Source: Octopus vulgaris (taxonomy: Eukaryota). From it: 64,000 bases of DNA. This document shows, piece after piece, positions 26,884-39,229 of this stretch. Numbering within the stretch: the first letter of the stretch is position 1; each line of letters opens with the position of its first letter. The notes beneath the pieces were generated by a model, which was given only the letters and a program-made list of their open reading frames with translations, had not been told where the DNA came from and did not search any database. The position numbers and the translations under genes are program-made. The stretch covers positions 77,562,001 through 77,626,000 of the forward strand of contig OX597824.1 of NCBI GenBank assembly GCA_951406725.2. Reading direction: 5' to 3'.

Positions 26884-27564
26884 AAAACAGACTGTGACTT
26901 CCGGTACACAGTTATGCACACACATAGCCATACACACATACACACACCCACACGGCGTGCGGTGATTAGAAAATGAACAGCATGATGTGTAGTTCGAGGT
27001 ACAACTAAATCCTTGAGAACAGCTCTATCTTACTCAGGAATATCATTGCATGACAGTTATTAAACTCATTGATTGCTAATAAGATTTATAGACGATCACT
27101 GCGAAAGTCATTCGAACAGAGTGCCTTAATTGCGTAAAGGTGAACGGAGATTGGTGTCAGACAGTCACTGTTTGGCGCATCAATATACTCACCGTTAATA
27201 CTTACATTTTGTATCACTGTGACCTTCAATCATACTTTTATGTAAATGAGTCTTTTAAAATTTTGTTCCAGAGTAAATAATGCCAGCCTTATTTAAATTT
27301 TGTAAAACCATTGCAGCACAAGCCTTTTTTTCTTATTGGATAATTTTAGAAATAGTATTCATCCTGGAAGAGATGAATTATTTCGTTAGTAACTGCTGCC
27401 TTTGTTAAAATCTTTTGATAATTTCCCCATTGATAGAAACGAAATCATTATTATGAGACAATATATCTCATTTATTGAAATTGAAATGTCCCAATGGGTT
27501 GTTTCAAATTTGATTTATCATCTCTGATTCATTTGATAAAATATCAACTCTATTTGTATATATG

Positions 27565-27632
<68 letters not shown>

Positions 27633-27718
27633 CACTAGTATAAACATACGTCTGATTCTCTGCCACTCCAAATATGTGTGGGAGAGAGAGATTGTTTGTG
27701 ATAATATCATTATTTGGA

Positions 27719-28255
27719 GGGCGAAGAGCTGGCAGAAACGTTAGCACGCCGGGCGAAATGCTTTGTGGTATTTCGTCTGCCGTTACGTTCTGAGTTCAAA
27801 TTCCGCCGAGGTCGACTTTGCCTTTCATCCTTTCGGGGGCGATAAATTAAGTATCAGTTACGCACTGGGGTCGATGTAATCGACTTAATACCTATGTCTG
27901 TCCTTGTTTGTCCCCTCTATGTTTAGCCCCTTGTGGGTAATACAGAAATAGGTATTTCACCTGCTGTTACGTTCTGAGTTCAAATTCCGCCGAGGTCGAC
28001 TTTGCCTTTCATTCCTTTCGGGGTCGATTACATAAGTACCAGTTACGCACTGGGGTTGATATAATCGACTTAATTCGTTTTTCTGTCCTTGTTTGTCCTC
28101 TGTGTTTAGCCCCTTGTGGGCAGTAAAAAATAAGAAACGTCAGCACGCCGTGTGAAACGCTTAGAATTAAGTACCAGTTCGTACTAGGGTCGATCTAATC
28201 GACTGGTCCCCTCCCCCAAAATTTCGGGCCTTGTGCCTAGAATAGAAAAGAATAT
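27719..28255 (+). mobile_element. SINE family A tandem array (3 units)
   Basis: Full unit, unit restarting at ggtatttc, then a deleted unit with the alternative tail cccaaaatttcgggccttgtgcctag. Confidence 0.88.
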
Positions 28256-28879
28256 TATTTCGAGAAGGAGATGACCGGGCAGTTTTGTAACTTAATTAAC
28301 CCTGGGTTTATATTTTCAAATCTCGTATTACGTAAAGAACATCTAAGCATTGGAAACTCAAATCTTGCAATCAGTATCCAGTTGTTTAAATTTGCCGACA
28401 CAAAACTGAATACCCGATACTTCATAGTAGGGGAGATCACGTATTGGGGATAAGTTTCTGTTCCAAAAGGAAGAATGTGTCATAGCTATATTCACGATAG
28501 CTTTCTTTGAAAGAGAAGCCGTTTATTAAAAATTGCCTGGAAACGTTGATATTGCCACCCAAAATAAACCATTTCATAAAAGAGCACGAAATATGCAATC
28601 AACAGCTTGTTACGCAGCTTTGACATTTGCGGTATTTTTTCTCTTCCTACACTAATTGATCAAACCCCTGTCGGGAATTATTTTTTCCAGTTTGCTGTTG
28701 ACATCAATATCGTAAGCAAAATACCAGTCGATAGAAATTGATAAACGGAATGGTGATTTACGTGCAGATCCATGTTTTTTGTTGTTTTTTTTTTTACAAT
28801 ATAGCGAGTTCTGTATATAGAACATTTAGAATGGGTTGATCCAAACTTGATACCACTTTCTAATATATATTCATCTTAA

Positions 28880-29650
28880 GGTGGTGAGCTGGTAGAATCG
28901 CTAGCACGCCGGGCGAAATGCTTAGCGGTATTTCGTCTGCCGTTACGTTCTGAGTTCAAATTCCGCCGAGGTCGACTTTACCTTTCATCCTTTCGGGATC
29001 GATTAACTAAGTACTAGTTACGCACTGGGGTCGATGTAATCGACTTAATCCGGTTGTCTGTCCTTGTTTGTCCCCTCTGTGTTTAGCCCCTTGTGGGTAG
29101 TAAAGAAAGAGGTATTTCGTCTGCCGTTACGTTCTGACTTCAAATTCCGCCGATGTCGACTTTGCCTTTCATTCTTTCGGGGTCGATAAATTAAGTACCA
29201 GTTACGCACTGGGGTCGATGTAATCGACATAATACCTATGTCTGTCCTTGTTCGTCCCCTCTATGTTTATCCCCTTGTGGGTAATAAAGAAACAGGTATT
29301 TCATCTGCCGTTACGTTCCGAGTTCAAATTCCGCCGATGTCGACTTTGCCTTTCATCCTTTCGGGGTCGATTAAATAAGTACCAGTCACACACTGGGGTC
29401 GATATAATCGTCTTAATCCGTTTGTCTGTCCTTGTTTGTCCTCTCCGTGTTTAGCCCCTTGTGGGTAGTAAAGAAATAGGTGGCGAGCTGGAAGAATCGC
29501 TAACACGCTGCGAAGAATGCTTAGTGGCATTTCGTCTGTCTTTTCGTTCTGAGTTCAAATTCCGCCGAGGTTGACTTTGCCTTTTATCCTTTCGGGGTCG
29601 ACTTATACCCACCCCACACTATTGCTGGCTTTGTCTCACATTTTGAAACG
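28880..29650 (+). mobile_element. SINE family A tandem array (4 units)
   Basis: Units at about 28880, 29111, 29295 and 29479; the middle two restart at ggtatttc. Confidence 0.9.
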
Positions 29651-29753
29651 ATTATATAATTTATGTTCATTTCAACATCTCCTTTGAGACGAAAATTATC
29701 GCAAGGATAGTGTAAATACATCAAAATGATTCTTAACAGTTGCGACACATATA

Positions 29754-29813
<60 letters not shown>

Positions 29814-30079
29814 GATAGGCAAGCAAACAAGCACACACAGACACAGGCTGTGTCAAAAGTTTTTTCAGAATTTCGTTGTTGGATTTTGGTAACTTTTATC
29901 TCAATGTTGTATCATTAATTTGATATTTGTACAGTCGCAGTTGAATAGTTTATACTTTATTTTCATACATAACGTGTAAACATTAGGTGTTTATTATATA
30001 GATTGCAACTTTGATTATGAGTTGTTAAAAAATTGCTATCAAAGCTATTTTAAATTACCTGTAAGAATAAAGGACTAAG

Positions 30080-31050
30080 TGTAAGTGACTAGAGAAAGTC
30101 ATGTTGTAGAACGCCTAACGAACGTGCTGCACAAAACTGGTTCCGAAGTTTCAAGGATGGTGACACCAGCCTTGAAGGCAAGCAAACGTAAAGGACACCT
30201 GTTGTAGAAGATGGGGCTGTACTCGAAATCATTGAGCAAAAGCCAAGTACAAGCACTCATAGATTATCTGCATAAGTTGGTCTTTCACAAAGCACCATCG
30301 ATCGACATCGTAAGCTCGACCATGGGAACAGACACTGTTCAGATGCTCCTCCTGAAATGACCAAAGATCAAACTCAACGATGTGGGAGCATTTGCAAGCA
30401 ACCGCTGGCAAATCTTCAAGATATCCGTTTATGGCGTCGATTTGTAACTGGAGATGAAAAAATGGATCTATTTTCGCAATCAGAATACGAGAAATCAGTG
30501 GTTTCGTTCCAACCAGGCTTCAGAAACTGTTGTCAAACAAGGGTGGTTTGAACAGAGGTTCATGTTGTTTTGGTTTTTCAGGGGTTGTTTCATTTGAGCT
30601 TGTCCCAGATGATCATGTTATGAACTCTAGCCTTTATTCTCAAAACCAACAGCGCACATATGTTGCTATGAAAGTTTGCTACTCGGCATTGGTCAATCGA
30701 AGACGTGCACTCCTACATAACAATGCTCCAGATTACACTGCCAAAGTGAACAAGCGCAGACTTGAGGAACTTGAAGGGATGAAAATGACACCTCACTTTG
30801 CCTACAATTCAGACCTTGCACCATCAGATTGCCACATTTTCTGATCCATGGCTCATTTTCTGCACGGATGGAAGTTCAACAAAGTGGATGAGATTGAAAA
30901 CGGGTGCATGGAGTTTTTTTTGCCTCTAATCTAGTCAAAGATGTGTGGAATTGATCTTCTTGCACAACGGTGGCAACAGACAATAGAATATGTCTGTTTA
31001 TAACGTCGATTTGTAACTGGAGACAAAAAATGGATCTATTTTCGCAATCA
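30080..31050 (+). mobile_element. Mariner transposase relic
   Basis: ERAAQNWFRSFKDGDTSLE, RRFVTGDEK, LLHNNAP, AYNSDLAPSDCHIF motifs with frameshifts. Confidence 0.85.
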
Positions 31051-31051
31051 A

Positions 31052-31281
31052 GGCGGCAGCTGGCAGAAACGTAAGCACGCCGGGCAGAATGCCTAGCGGA
31101 ATTTCGTCTGTTGCTACGTTCTGAGTTCAAATTCCACCGTGGTCGAGTTTGCCTTTCATCCTTTCGGGGTCGATTAAATAAGTACCAGTTACGCACTGGG
31201 GTCGATATAATCGACTTAATCCGTTTGTCTGTCTTTGTTTGTCCCCTCTATATTTAGCCCCTTGTGGGTAGTAAAGAAATA
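31052..31281 (+). mobile_element. SINE family A
   Basis: Full A consensus. Confidence 0.9.
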
Positions 31282-32141
31282 AGACTATAGAATATGATGG
31301 GATATATTTGATGAATAAATGTTTTTCTTATGTAATTTGTTTCAACTATTAAGTTTGAAATACGGAACTTTTGACTCAACCTGTACGCAGGCAGACACAC
31401 ACACAAACAGATACACACACACACGTAAAATATATATACGCATGTGCACATACATTTCATTAAGAAAGATGGAAGGGCTGCATTGCTAGTCCAAAGGATA
31501 AAGCGTAACAGAACGTTTCGAAGCCCAAAGGACAAAGCGTAACAGAACAAAGAGAATAAACGTTTCGAAAAAAGAAAGAACACGTTAAATAATTTAGTTC
31601 CAGATACATTAACAGAGGAGACAGAAAGGCTACGAGTGAAACGAATTTGATCATATTCTACGCATTAGAGCTGACTTGGGTTTAACATCAACAACATCAA
31701 CAATACAATATCGACGACACTGACCACATTATGAAGCATATCCATCAATTAAGTGATAATATATATCTAACTTCCACGGGGATATACCACCAGTGTTCGT
31801 AAATTTCTGTTTGTAGGCTATCATGGAACATTTCCACTTTGGTATATTACTGGTACTAAAGAAACCAGTAACGGAGTCGATGTGGTTCAACTAGATAAAA
31901 TGGCAGCATAAACACAAATCAATTCTCATGCTGGTGACTTAAAGTATAACAGTAAATACAAGAGCAGCATCTTCGCGGGGAAAGGGTAAGTCGACCACAT
32001 TGATCCCTAACACAGGAATGGCAGGTATTTATTTTGTGAAGCGAGGAAGGGTCAAAGGCAAAAATGGCCTTGATAGGGTTTGAACTCGGAATGTAAAAGG
32101 CCGGAACATATACTGCAAGGTGATTAATCTAACTTACTACC

Positions 32142-32521
32142 TATTTCTTTACCACCCACAAGGGGATTAACACAGAGAGGACAAACAAGGACAGACAAAC
32201 GGATTAAGTCTTTTATATCGACCCCAGTGAGTAACTGGTACTTAATTTATCAACCCCGAAAGGATGAAAGGCAAAGTCGACCTCGGCGGAAATTTGAACT
32301 AAGAACGTAGCGGCAGACGAAATACCGCTAAGCATTTCGCCCGGCGTGCTAACGTTTCTGCCAGCTTGCCGCCCTAAAAGAGTCAGAAGTTCGCCATTAC
32401 TTTCTACCGGAGCCGGGTGGAGCTTGGGTGTTTCGCTCATAAACTCACACATCGCCCGGTCTGAGATTCGAACCCGCGATCACGAGTTCGCTGCTCTAAC
32501 CACTGGGCCATGCTCCTCCAC
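32142..32521 (-). mobile_element. Composite SINE: D-type head fused to a full SINE A
   Basis: D head at 32376-32521 and A at 32142-32373, inside one 17-bp TSD taatctaac(t/c)tactacc (32125-32141 / 32522-32538). Confidence 0.85.
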
Positions 32522-32710
32522 TAATCTAACCTACTACCCTTGGAATATTGTTCTTGATATACTGAGTTTACGAAATAAAGATGGCAGGGTCGAATCTGGA
32601 ATGCTTTTGTTTATATGTCTTTACACTCAGGACTAAGAGTAAAGCAACAGTAGCAGTAGCAGCAGCAGCAGTAGCAGCAGAAAGGTAACAGCAGCAGCAA
32701 CAGCAGCAGC

Positions 32711-32937
32711 CGTTCAAGAATTTGTACCTGGAGATCTCCATTTCCAGCGACTTCGAGGGCCACCTCCCAGTGGTGTCGGACGTCAACGAAGAGCCCTCGA
32801 CTACAACAAGACGACCAAAGTTTTTTTTCTTTTTCCAAGATCTGGGGTCTCCAGCCCCTAAGCCCTAGACCATCACCTAATCACCCTTACCCGTCTTGTT
32901 TACTTAACAACAACAACAACAGCAGCAGCAGCAGCAA

Positions 32938-32990
<53 letters not shown>

Positions 32991-33235
32991 ATAGCAGCAG
33001 CAGCAGCAACAGCAACAACAGCAGTCGTTCAAGAATTTGGACCTGGAGATCTCCAATTCCAGCGACTTCGAGGGCCACCTCCCAGTGGTGTTGGAGGACG
33101 TCAACGAATAGCCCTCGACTACAACAAGACGACCAAAGTTTTTTTCTTCTTTTTCCAAGATCTGGGGTCTCCAGCCCCTAAGCCCTAGACCATCACCTAA
33201 TCACCCTTACCCGTCTTGTTGCTTAACAACAACAG
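32711..33235. repeat. Duplicated ~200-bp GC-rich unit separated by CAG/TAG/CAA microsatellite
   Basis: cgttcaagaatttg...cccgtcttgtt at 32711-32900 and 33026-33220. Confidence 0.92.
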
Positions 33236-34065
33236 CAACGACAACGGCAGCAATGCTACAAAAGTGTCTCGGCGTTGGCTAACAAATAGTGAATCAATAT
33301 TTTTGACGACATCGTATCTTCTGTGTGACGATCGGTGTTATGGCTACTCCTACACAATGTCTCTCATAAATACTTAATAACTAAAGTGATTAATGATAAT
33401 TATTGACAACAATTATTTGCTAATGGCTTCTTTCTCACTCTCTCTTTGTCTGCTTCTCTTGGCCGTCTGTCTCTGTCTATATATCTCTCTCTCTTTATTC
33501 CAGCTGTATCTTCCTCACACACTGTCTATCAATATAGTTATCTCTTACATGTTCTATATCTCTTTCTATCATCCTTTGTGTTGTTGCTCTGTTTTAATCG
33601 CTGTTTGTAATTGGTTACACTTAGCCGTTAGTTAATATGATAAAAGGGCTGACTGGTTAGAGACACCGATCAACAGAAGCACGTCACAAATCTGTGTTGC
33701 CTTTCACCTCTAAATCATGTCACCTTCTCCCACTCAGTTATGAAATTACAGTCGGAAATTGCGAGTGGAAACATCCATCCGCATACAAACTCTTCGCTTT
33801 ATAGTTAAACCAATGAAGCAACATCTGTTTAGCTATTCACTTGATCTGCTACACATATCACTCAATATCTCTCAAATCACGCTTTAGATTAATGAACGAT
33901 AATAAATAGGCAAATACATGGGGTAATGCGTCCCTCCCTTCTCGAATTAAGCTTGAATAAGAGACAGGATTCTCACGATCAGACACTTATGAACAGGGTC
34001 CTACTCGAGGCGTGGTCAGCTACAGTTGAAAACAACAGCAACACAACCGCTGAGCAACAACAACA

Positions 34066-34606
34066 CCCCGACTTCCTCCGCAACCGCTGAGCCTGGATGA
34101 TCCGTCGAAGCTCTCGGTGTCGGGGGTTCACCTGCTTTCTCTTCTGCCGGTCTTACGAATAGCAAAGGACCACGTTTCGGACTTATCCCATCTTGCGAGC
34201 TCTCGGACGAAGACCGTTCGCTCAACAGCAACAGCAACAGCAGTGGAGGCGCAATGGCCCAATGGTTAGGGTAGTGGACTCGCGGTCGGAGGATCGCGGT
34301 TTCGATTCCCAGACCGGGCATTGTGTGTGTTTATTGAGCGAAAACACCTAAAGCTCCACGAGGCTCCGGCATGAATGGGACAACCCCTGTTGTATTCTTT
34401 CGCCTCAACTTCTCTCACTCTTTCTTCCTGTTTCTTGTCCCCGACTTCCTACGCAACCGCTGAGCCTGGATGCGCATTCATCCATCCGTTGATGCTCTCG
34501 GTGTCGGGGGTTGACCTGCTTTCTCTTCTGCCGGTCTTACGAATAGCAAAGGGTCATGTTCCGGACCGCTCGGACCGGACCGCTCAACAGCAACAGCAAC
34601 AACAAT
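34066..34606 (+). mobile_element. SINE family D variant with (CAA/CAG)n tail, preceded by an extra copy of its 3' half
   Basis: Head at about 34245; ccgacttcct..gcaaccgctgagcctggatg..cttacgaatagcaaagg block occurs at 34066 and 34440. Confidence 0.85.
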
Positions 34607-34864
34607 AACAGCATCGACATCAACATCGTTAAACATTTAAACCGGAAATTCTGTCTTATACTCTTTTTAGTTCTTTCTATCTCGGAAGGGACGTCGGGAT
34701 GACAAGTCGTCTCAATTCGAGCCCGTAGCTTGCTCTTCTTCTTAAATCGTTATGATTCCAACTTCTTGTAAGTTTTCTATAAACGTCCTCTTTCGCTTTG
34801 TTTTCTATGATTCTTTCTTTTCCCCGTCTGCTGCTACTCTTCGCTGCTCAGCGCATGGTTTCAT

Positions 34865-35017
34865 ATTTTGGTACAAGGCCAGCAAATCCAGGCAGGTAGA
34901 GTAGTCGATTACATCGACAGCAGTTCAAATGGTGCTTATTTTACCAACCCCGAAAGGATGAAAGACAAAGTCGATCTCGATGGAATTTGAAGTCAGAACG
35001 TAAATTTGGACAAAATA
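34865..35017 (-). mobile_element. Diverged SINE family A fragment
   Basis: ccccgaaaggatgaaagacaaagtcgatctcg core. Confidence 0.7.
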
Positions 35018-35398
35018 CTCTTTTACTTGTTTCAGTCATTTGACTGAGGCCATGCTGGAGCACCGCCTTTAGTCGAGAAAATCGACCCCAGGACTTATTC
35101 TTTGGAAACCTAGTACTTATTCTTTCGGTCTTTATTGCCGAACTGCTAAGTTACGGTGACGTAAACACACCAGCATCGGTTGTCAAGCGATGTTGGAGGC
35201 GGACAAACACAGACACACAAATACATATACATACATATATATACATATATACGAAGGGCTACCAAATCCACTCACAAGGCTTTGGTCTGCCCGAGGGTAT
35301 AGTAGAAGACACTTGCCCAAGGTGCCACGCAGTTGGACTGAACCCGGAACCATGTGGTTGGTAAGCAAGCTACTTAACACACAGCCACTCCTGCGCCT
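35017..35398 (-). mobile_element. SINE family B, full length
   Basis: Matches the B consensus. Confidence 0.9.
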
Positions 35399-35534
35399 AT
35401 ACATTTTGCCCGCCATGCTAATGATTCTGCTTGTTCTCCGCCCACGCTAGTCTATATATTCCAATATAGAATGTGTTCCGAAAATCTTCTGTTTTTGTAA
35501 CAATCTTGGTGTGTCTTCAAGCGTTACTTACTTC

Positions 35535-35829
35535 ATAATTACCAAGACCTAGCTACTGAATTACGGAGACTATGGAAAGTGCGGGTAAAATGCAGTTATA
35601 GGTGCAGTGGGAAGTATCCCTAAAGATCTCAACAGATGGATTGAGAATATAGGCATAAAACCCAGTTTAGTACAGCTGCAGTGTTATTAGGAAAAGCTAG
35701 GATCCTTAGGTTCTTGGCATCTAAGGTTACTTGCTGTAACCCGATAGCAGGTTTCTTGGAATCTAAGGCAACTTGTTGTAGCCCGATGTTCGGGTTCTTT
35801 TCTTTTCCTACTGTCTAATCTGTTGAGTG

Positions 35830-35830
<1 letters not shown>
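35535..35830 (+). mobile_element. RLE-type (R4/Dong-like) LINE 3' fragment, second subfamily
   Basis: YQDLATELRRLWKV..VIGAVGSIPKDL..LLGKARIL, followed by (TAA)n. Confidence 0.7.
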
Positions 35831-35874
<44 letters not shown>

Positions 35875-35887
35875 CATAATAATAACA

Positions 35888-35937
<50 letters not shown>

Positions 35938-35998
35938 GGTGGTGGTGGTGGTGGTGATGATGGTGGTGGTGGTGGTGGTGGTGGTGGTGATGATGGTG

Positions 35999-36057
<59 letters not shown>

Positions 36058-36076
36058 GGTGGTGGTGGTGGTGGTG

Positions 36077-36109
<33 letters not shown>

Positions 36110-36155
36110 GTGATGATGGTGATAATGATGATGTTGAGGAGGAGGAGGGGGAGGA
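35831..36155. repeat. Trinucleotide mosaic (TAA)n/(GAT)n/(GGT)n
   Basis: Seen directly. Confidence 0.95.
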
Positions 36156-36156
36156 T

Positions 36157-36452
36157 AAAAAAGACCTGGCAATAGAGGCAACTCGAATGTAGAATCTATA
36201 AAAACAGAAACGATTCCTACCATAGTAGGTGCATTAGGCATGATAAAAAAATATTCAGACAAATACATAAAAAAAAACACCAGGACTTACAAACACATAT
36301 AACATACAGAAAATTGCAGTACTAGGCACTGCCCACATCCTATGCAAAACACTTTCAATACAGTATCCATCAGAGCATCACAACAAACCACAGCACATAC
36401 CCAAGGCACGGTAGTGAAGTGAAAGCACGCTATAGAAATAAAACTACTGAAT
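36157..36452 (+). mobile_element. R4/Dong-like LINE 3' end, same family as 61305-64000
   Basis: aaagacctggcaatagagg..ggcatgataaaaaaatattcagacaaatacata matches 63892-63990; continues through the 3' UTR to (TAA)n. Confidence 0.88.
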
Positions 36453-36526
<74 letters not shown>

Positions 36527-36978
36527 TTATTAAAAATAATAATAATAATGATAATAAATCAAGCTATATCAATTTAATTTAAACATCTTATAAAGCAAGA
36601 AATATGCGATAAACTAAGGAGTAAAAATAACGAGATATCTGTTATCTTACAAATAAGGTTTAATAAAATGGAATAAAAATATTAAGAACATTTAAATGTC
36701 TTTACACTTAAATCTTTTAAATTATTTCTGAGAATTGAGTGATCTTTAAAATGGTTAGCATATCCTTGAAAATTAATTGTATCATTAACATTGATAATTT
36801 TTTAAAAAACTGATGCTATTTTTGTATCGCTATGGCTCTGATAATTTTTACATTGAAATATATGATACCATAAAATTTTCCGAATTATCTATACATGAGC
36901 ATTAATGTGACTTCATGCAATCTGCTAATTCCCATTTTGCGTAGCGTAACATTAAACAAAACATCAAGCCCACAAACA

Positions 36979-37019
<41 letters not shown>

Positions 37020-37044
37020 GCGAGGTGGAGGCTGAAAAGTTCCT

Positions 37045-37424
37045 GTCTTCACGTTCTGATTTCGAATTCCGTTGCGGTCGACTGCTGTCTTCAATCGTTC
37101 CGGGGTCGATAAAAGAAGTACAGATTGAGTACTGGGATCGATGTAATCGACATATCTCCCTGCCACAAATTGTAGGCCTTGTGCCTATAGTAGAAAGGAT
37201 TATTAACCGAAAAGGCGGTGAGCTGGCAGAATTGTTAGCACGCCAGGCAAAAAGCTTAACATCTCGTCCGTCTTTACGTTCTGAGTTCAAATTCCGCCGA
37301 GGTTCAGTTTACCTTTCATCCTTTCAGGGTCGATAAATTAAGTTACAGTGAAACACTGGGGTCAATGTAATCGACTAGTCACCTCCTACCAAATTCAGGT
37401 TTTGTGCCTTCAGTAGAAAGAATT
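37045..37424 (+). mobile_element. Two tandem SINE family A copies with the alternative tail
   Basis: 37045-37203 (truncated) and 37214-37424; tail ttgtgcct..agtagaaag. Confidence 0.8.
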
Positions 37425-37924
37425 AGTAATGACAAAAAGTACAGGCTTGTATTCCCCACCTGTTACGCTTTCACTTCTCTTGCGCAGCTCTACCACATCG
37501 ATACCAAGGCTTTGCTTCTTGTGCACCTACAAAGTTGTTTTACCGTAAAAGTTCTGCTGCAGTTTCTTCTGTTAAAACGGCACGTCTATAGAAGTTTTTA
37601 AACAACCTTGCAACAGGTGTAAATGTATTACTTTGATGTAATCGGCTTCAGTTTGAAGATACTGATGTTAGTGTCACTTGATTGCCCTTTTATATAGACC
37701 TGTCAGAAGCACTCAATTAAAAGGTAAGCACAGGTAATAAGTTCATACCATGAAAGGTTACGAAACGAATTCAAGTCTCAGAAGATAAATTAAATTAGTA
37801 ATTTTACTGCGTAGACTATCAACACAGCGGTAGACCGCACGCAGAAGTAGCCTCAAATGATATATTTGATAATGAGTATATAAATAAAATGGAAAAGAAT
37901 CTTATCGTTGCAGTTGTTTAATGG

Positions 37925-38120
37925 GGAGAGTTCACGAAAAAGACAAAAGACGAAGACAGGTATTGTAGAAAACAAACAGATGTATTAGTATAACGCTCAG
38001 GAATTGAAAAAGTCTTTTATGTTTCGAGCCTACGCTCTTCTGTAGAAAGGGACACAGAAAAAAAACAAGAAGAGAAACAAGGAGAGAAAAAATGTGTGTA
38101 GTAGCTACCGATCTATCATG
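37925..38120 (-). repeat. Non-coding family Y (Penelope pLTR-like) with hammerhead-like variant
   Basis: Minus strand cttt-ctacagaa-gagcgtaggctc-gaaa-cata-aaag; homologous to 5135-5235 and 54735-54895. Confidence 0.6.
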
Positions 38121-38339
38121 GCGACTCCAGTTGATCCTGTCACATCTTATCACACTGGACTTTCTACTTATCTACCCTTTACGGATTCTACTTTGGACAT
38201 TTACCCTCCGGCTGCACCTCTCCTACCTATGGATCACTGTGGACTCTTTATGAAAAATCCTTACAGTTGTTTAATCTCAGATATGTAAGAAATATTGCAA
38301 GTCCGAGAAAATAAAAATGAGTTAACTAATAACTATAGT

Positions 38340-38499
38340 CGCAGGAGTGGCTGGGTGGTAAGTAGCTTGCTTACCAACCACATGGTTCCGGGTTCAGTCC
38401 CACTGCGTGGAATCTTGGGCAAGTGTCTTCTATTATAGCTTCAGGCCAACCAAATCCTTGTGAGTGGATTTCGTAGACGGAAACTCAAAGCTCGTCGTA

Positions 38500-38542
<43 letters not shown>

Positions 38543-38790
38543 ATGTGTGTGTGTGTGTGTGTGTGTATGTGTGTGTATGTTTGTGAGTCTGTGTTTGTCC
38601 CCCCTAGCATTGCTTGACAACAGATGCTGGTGTGGTTACATCCCCGTAACTTAGCGGTTCGGCAAAAGAGGCCGTTAGAATAAGTACTGGGCTTACGAAT
38701 AATATGTCCTGGGGTCGATTTGCACCGACTAAAGGCGGTGCTCCAGCATGGCCGCAGTCAAATGAAAATGACTGAAACAAGTAAAAGAGA
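38340..38790 (+). mobile_element. SINE family B, full length
   Basis: Matches the B consensus. Confidence 0.92.
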
Positions 38791-39229
38791 ATATACTAAA
38801 AGATATATCGCAATTCAGGTTTAAGAATTAAATAAGATAAATTCGTTAACGAATTCATAAAACAAACTATTTGCCATGTAAAACAACAGAATGCCAGACG
38901 ACTAGTAATGTTCTGTGAAGGCTAAAAGGAATCTTTGTATGAATTTGCAGACCGTTTGCATGTATAATCGACTGCACAGCTGCAACGCTTTCCCGTATCT
39001 GTCCGCGTTTATGTAAGATATTTGTATAGTTCGTTCACTTTTATGGCTTACATGAAAACAACATATAATGGGTGTCGAATGAGGTATATTTTACTTTGCA
39101 TTGTGTTTGAAATCTTCCAACAATACACACGCGCTTATGAGTTACACGCACACCAACGCACATTAATACATATATGTGTATATATATATATAGGCGCAGG
39201 AGTGGCTGTGTGGTAAGTAGCTTGCTAAC

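Noticed and set aside
27719-29650. CRISPR-like periodic repeats
   Set aside because: Units are ~185-230-bp SINE monomers with no unique spacers; eukaryotic context and no cas genes
35687-36280. Poly-His or acidic Gly-rich ORFs
   Set aside because: Trinucleotide mosaic between two LINE fragments
37430-37620. Possible minus-strand exon (VHKKQSLGIDVVELRKRSE)
   Set aside because: Weak splice signals and no recognisable homology
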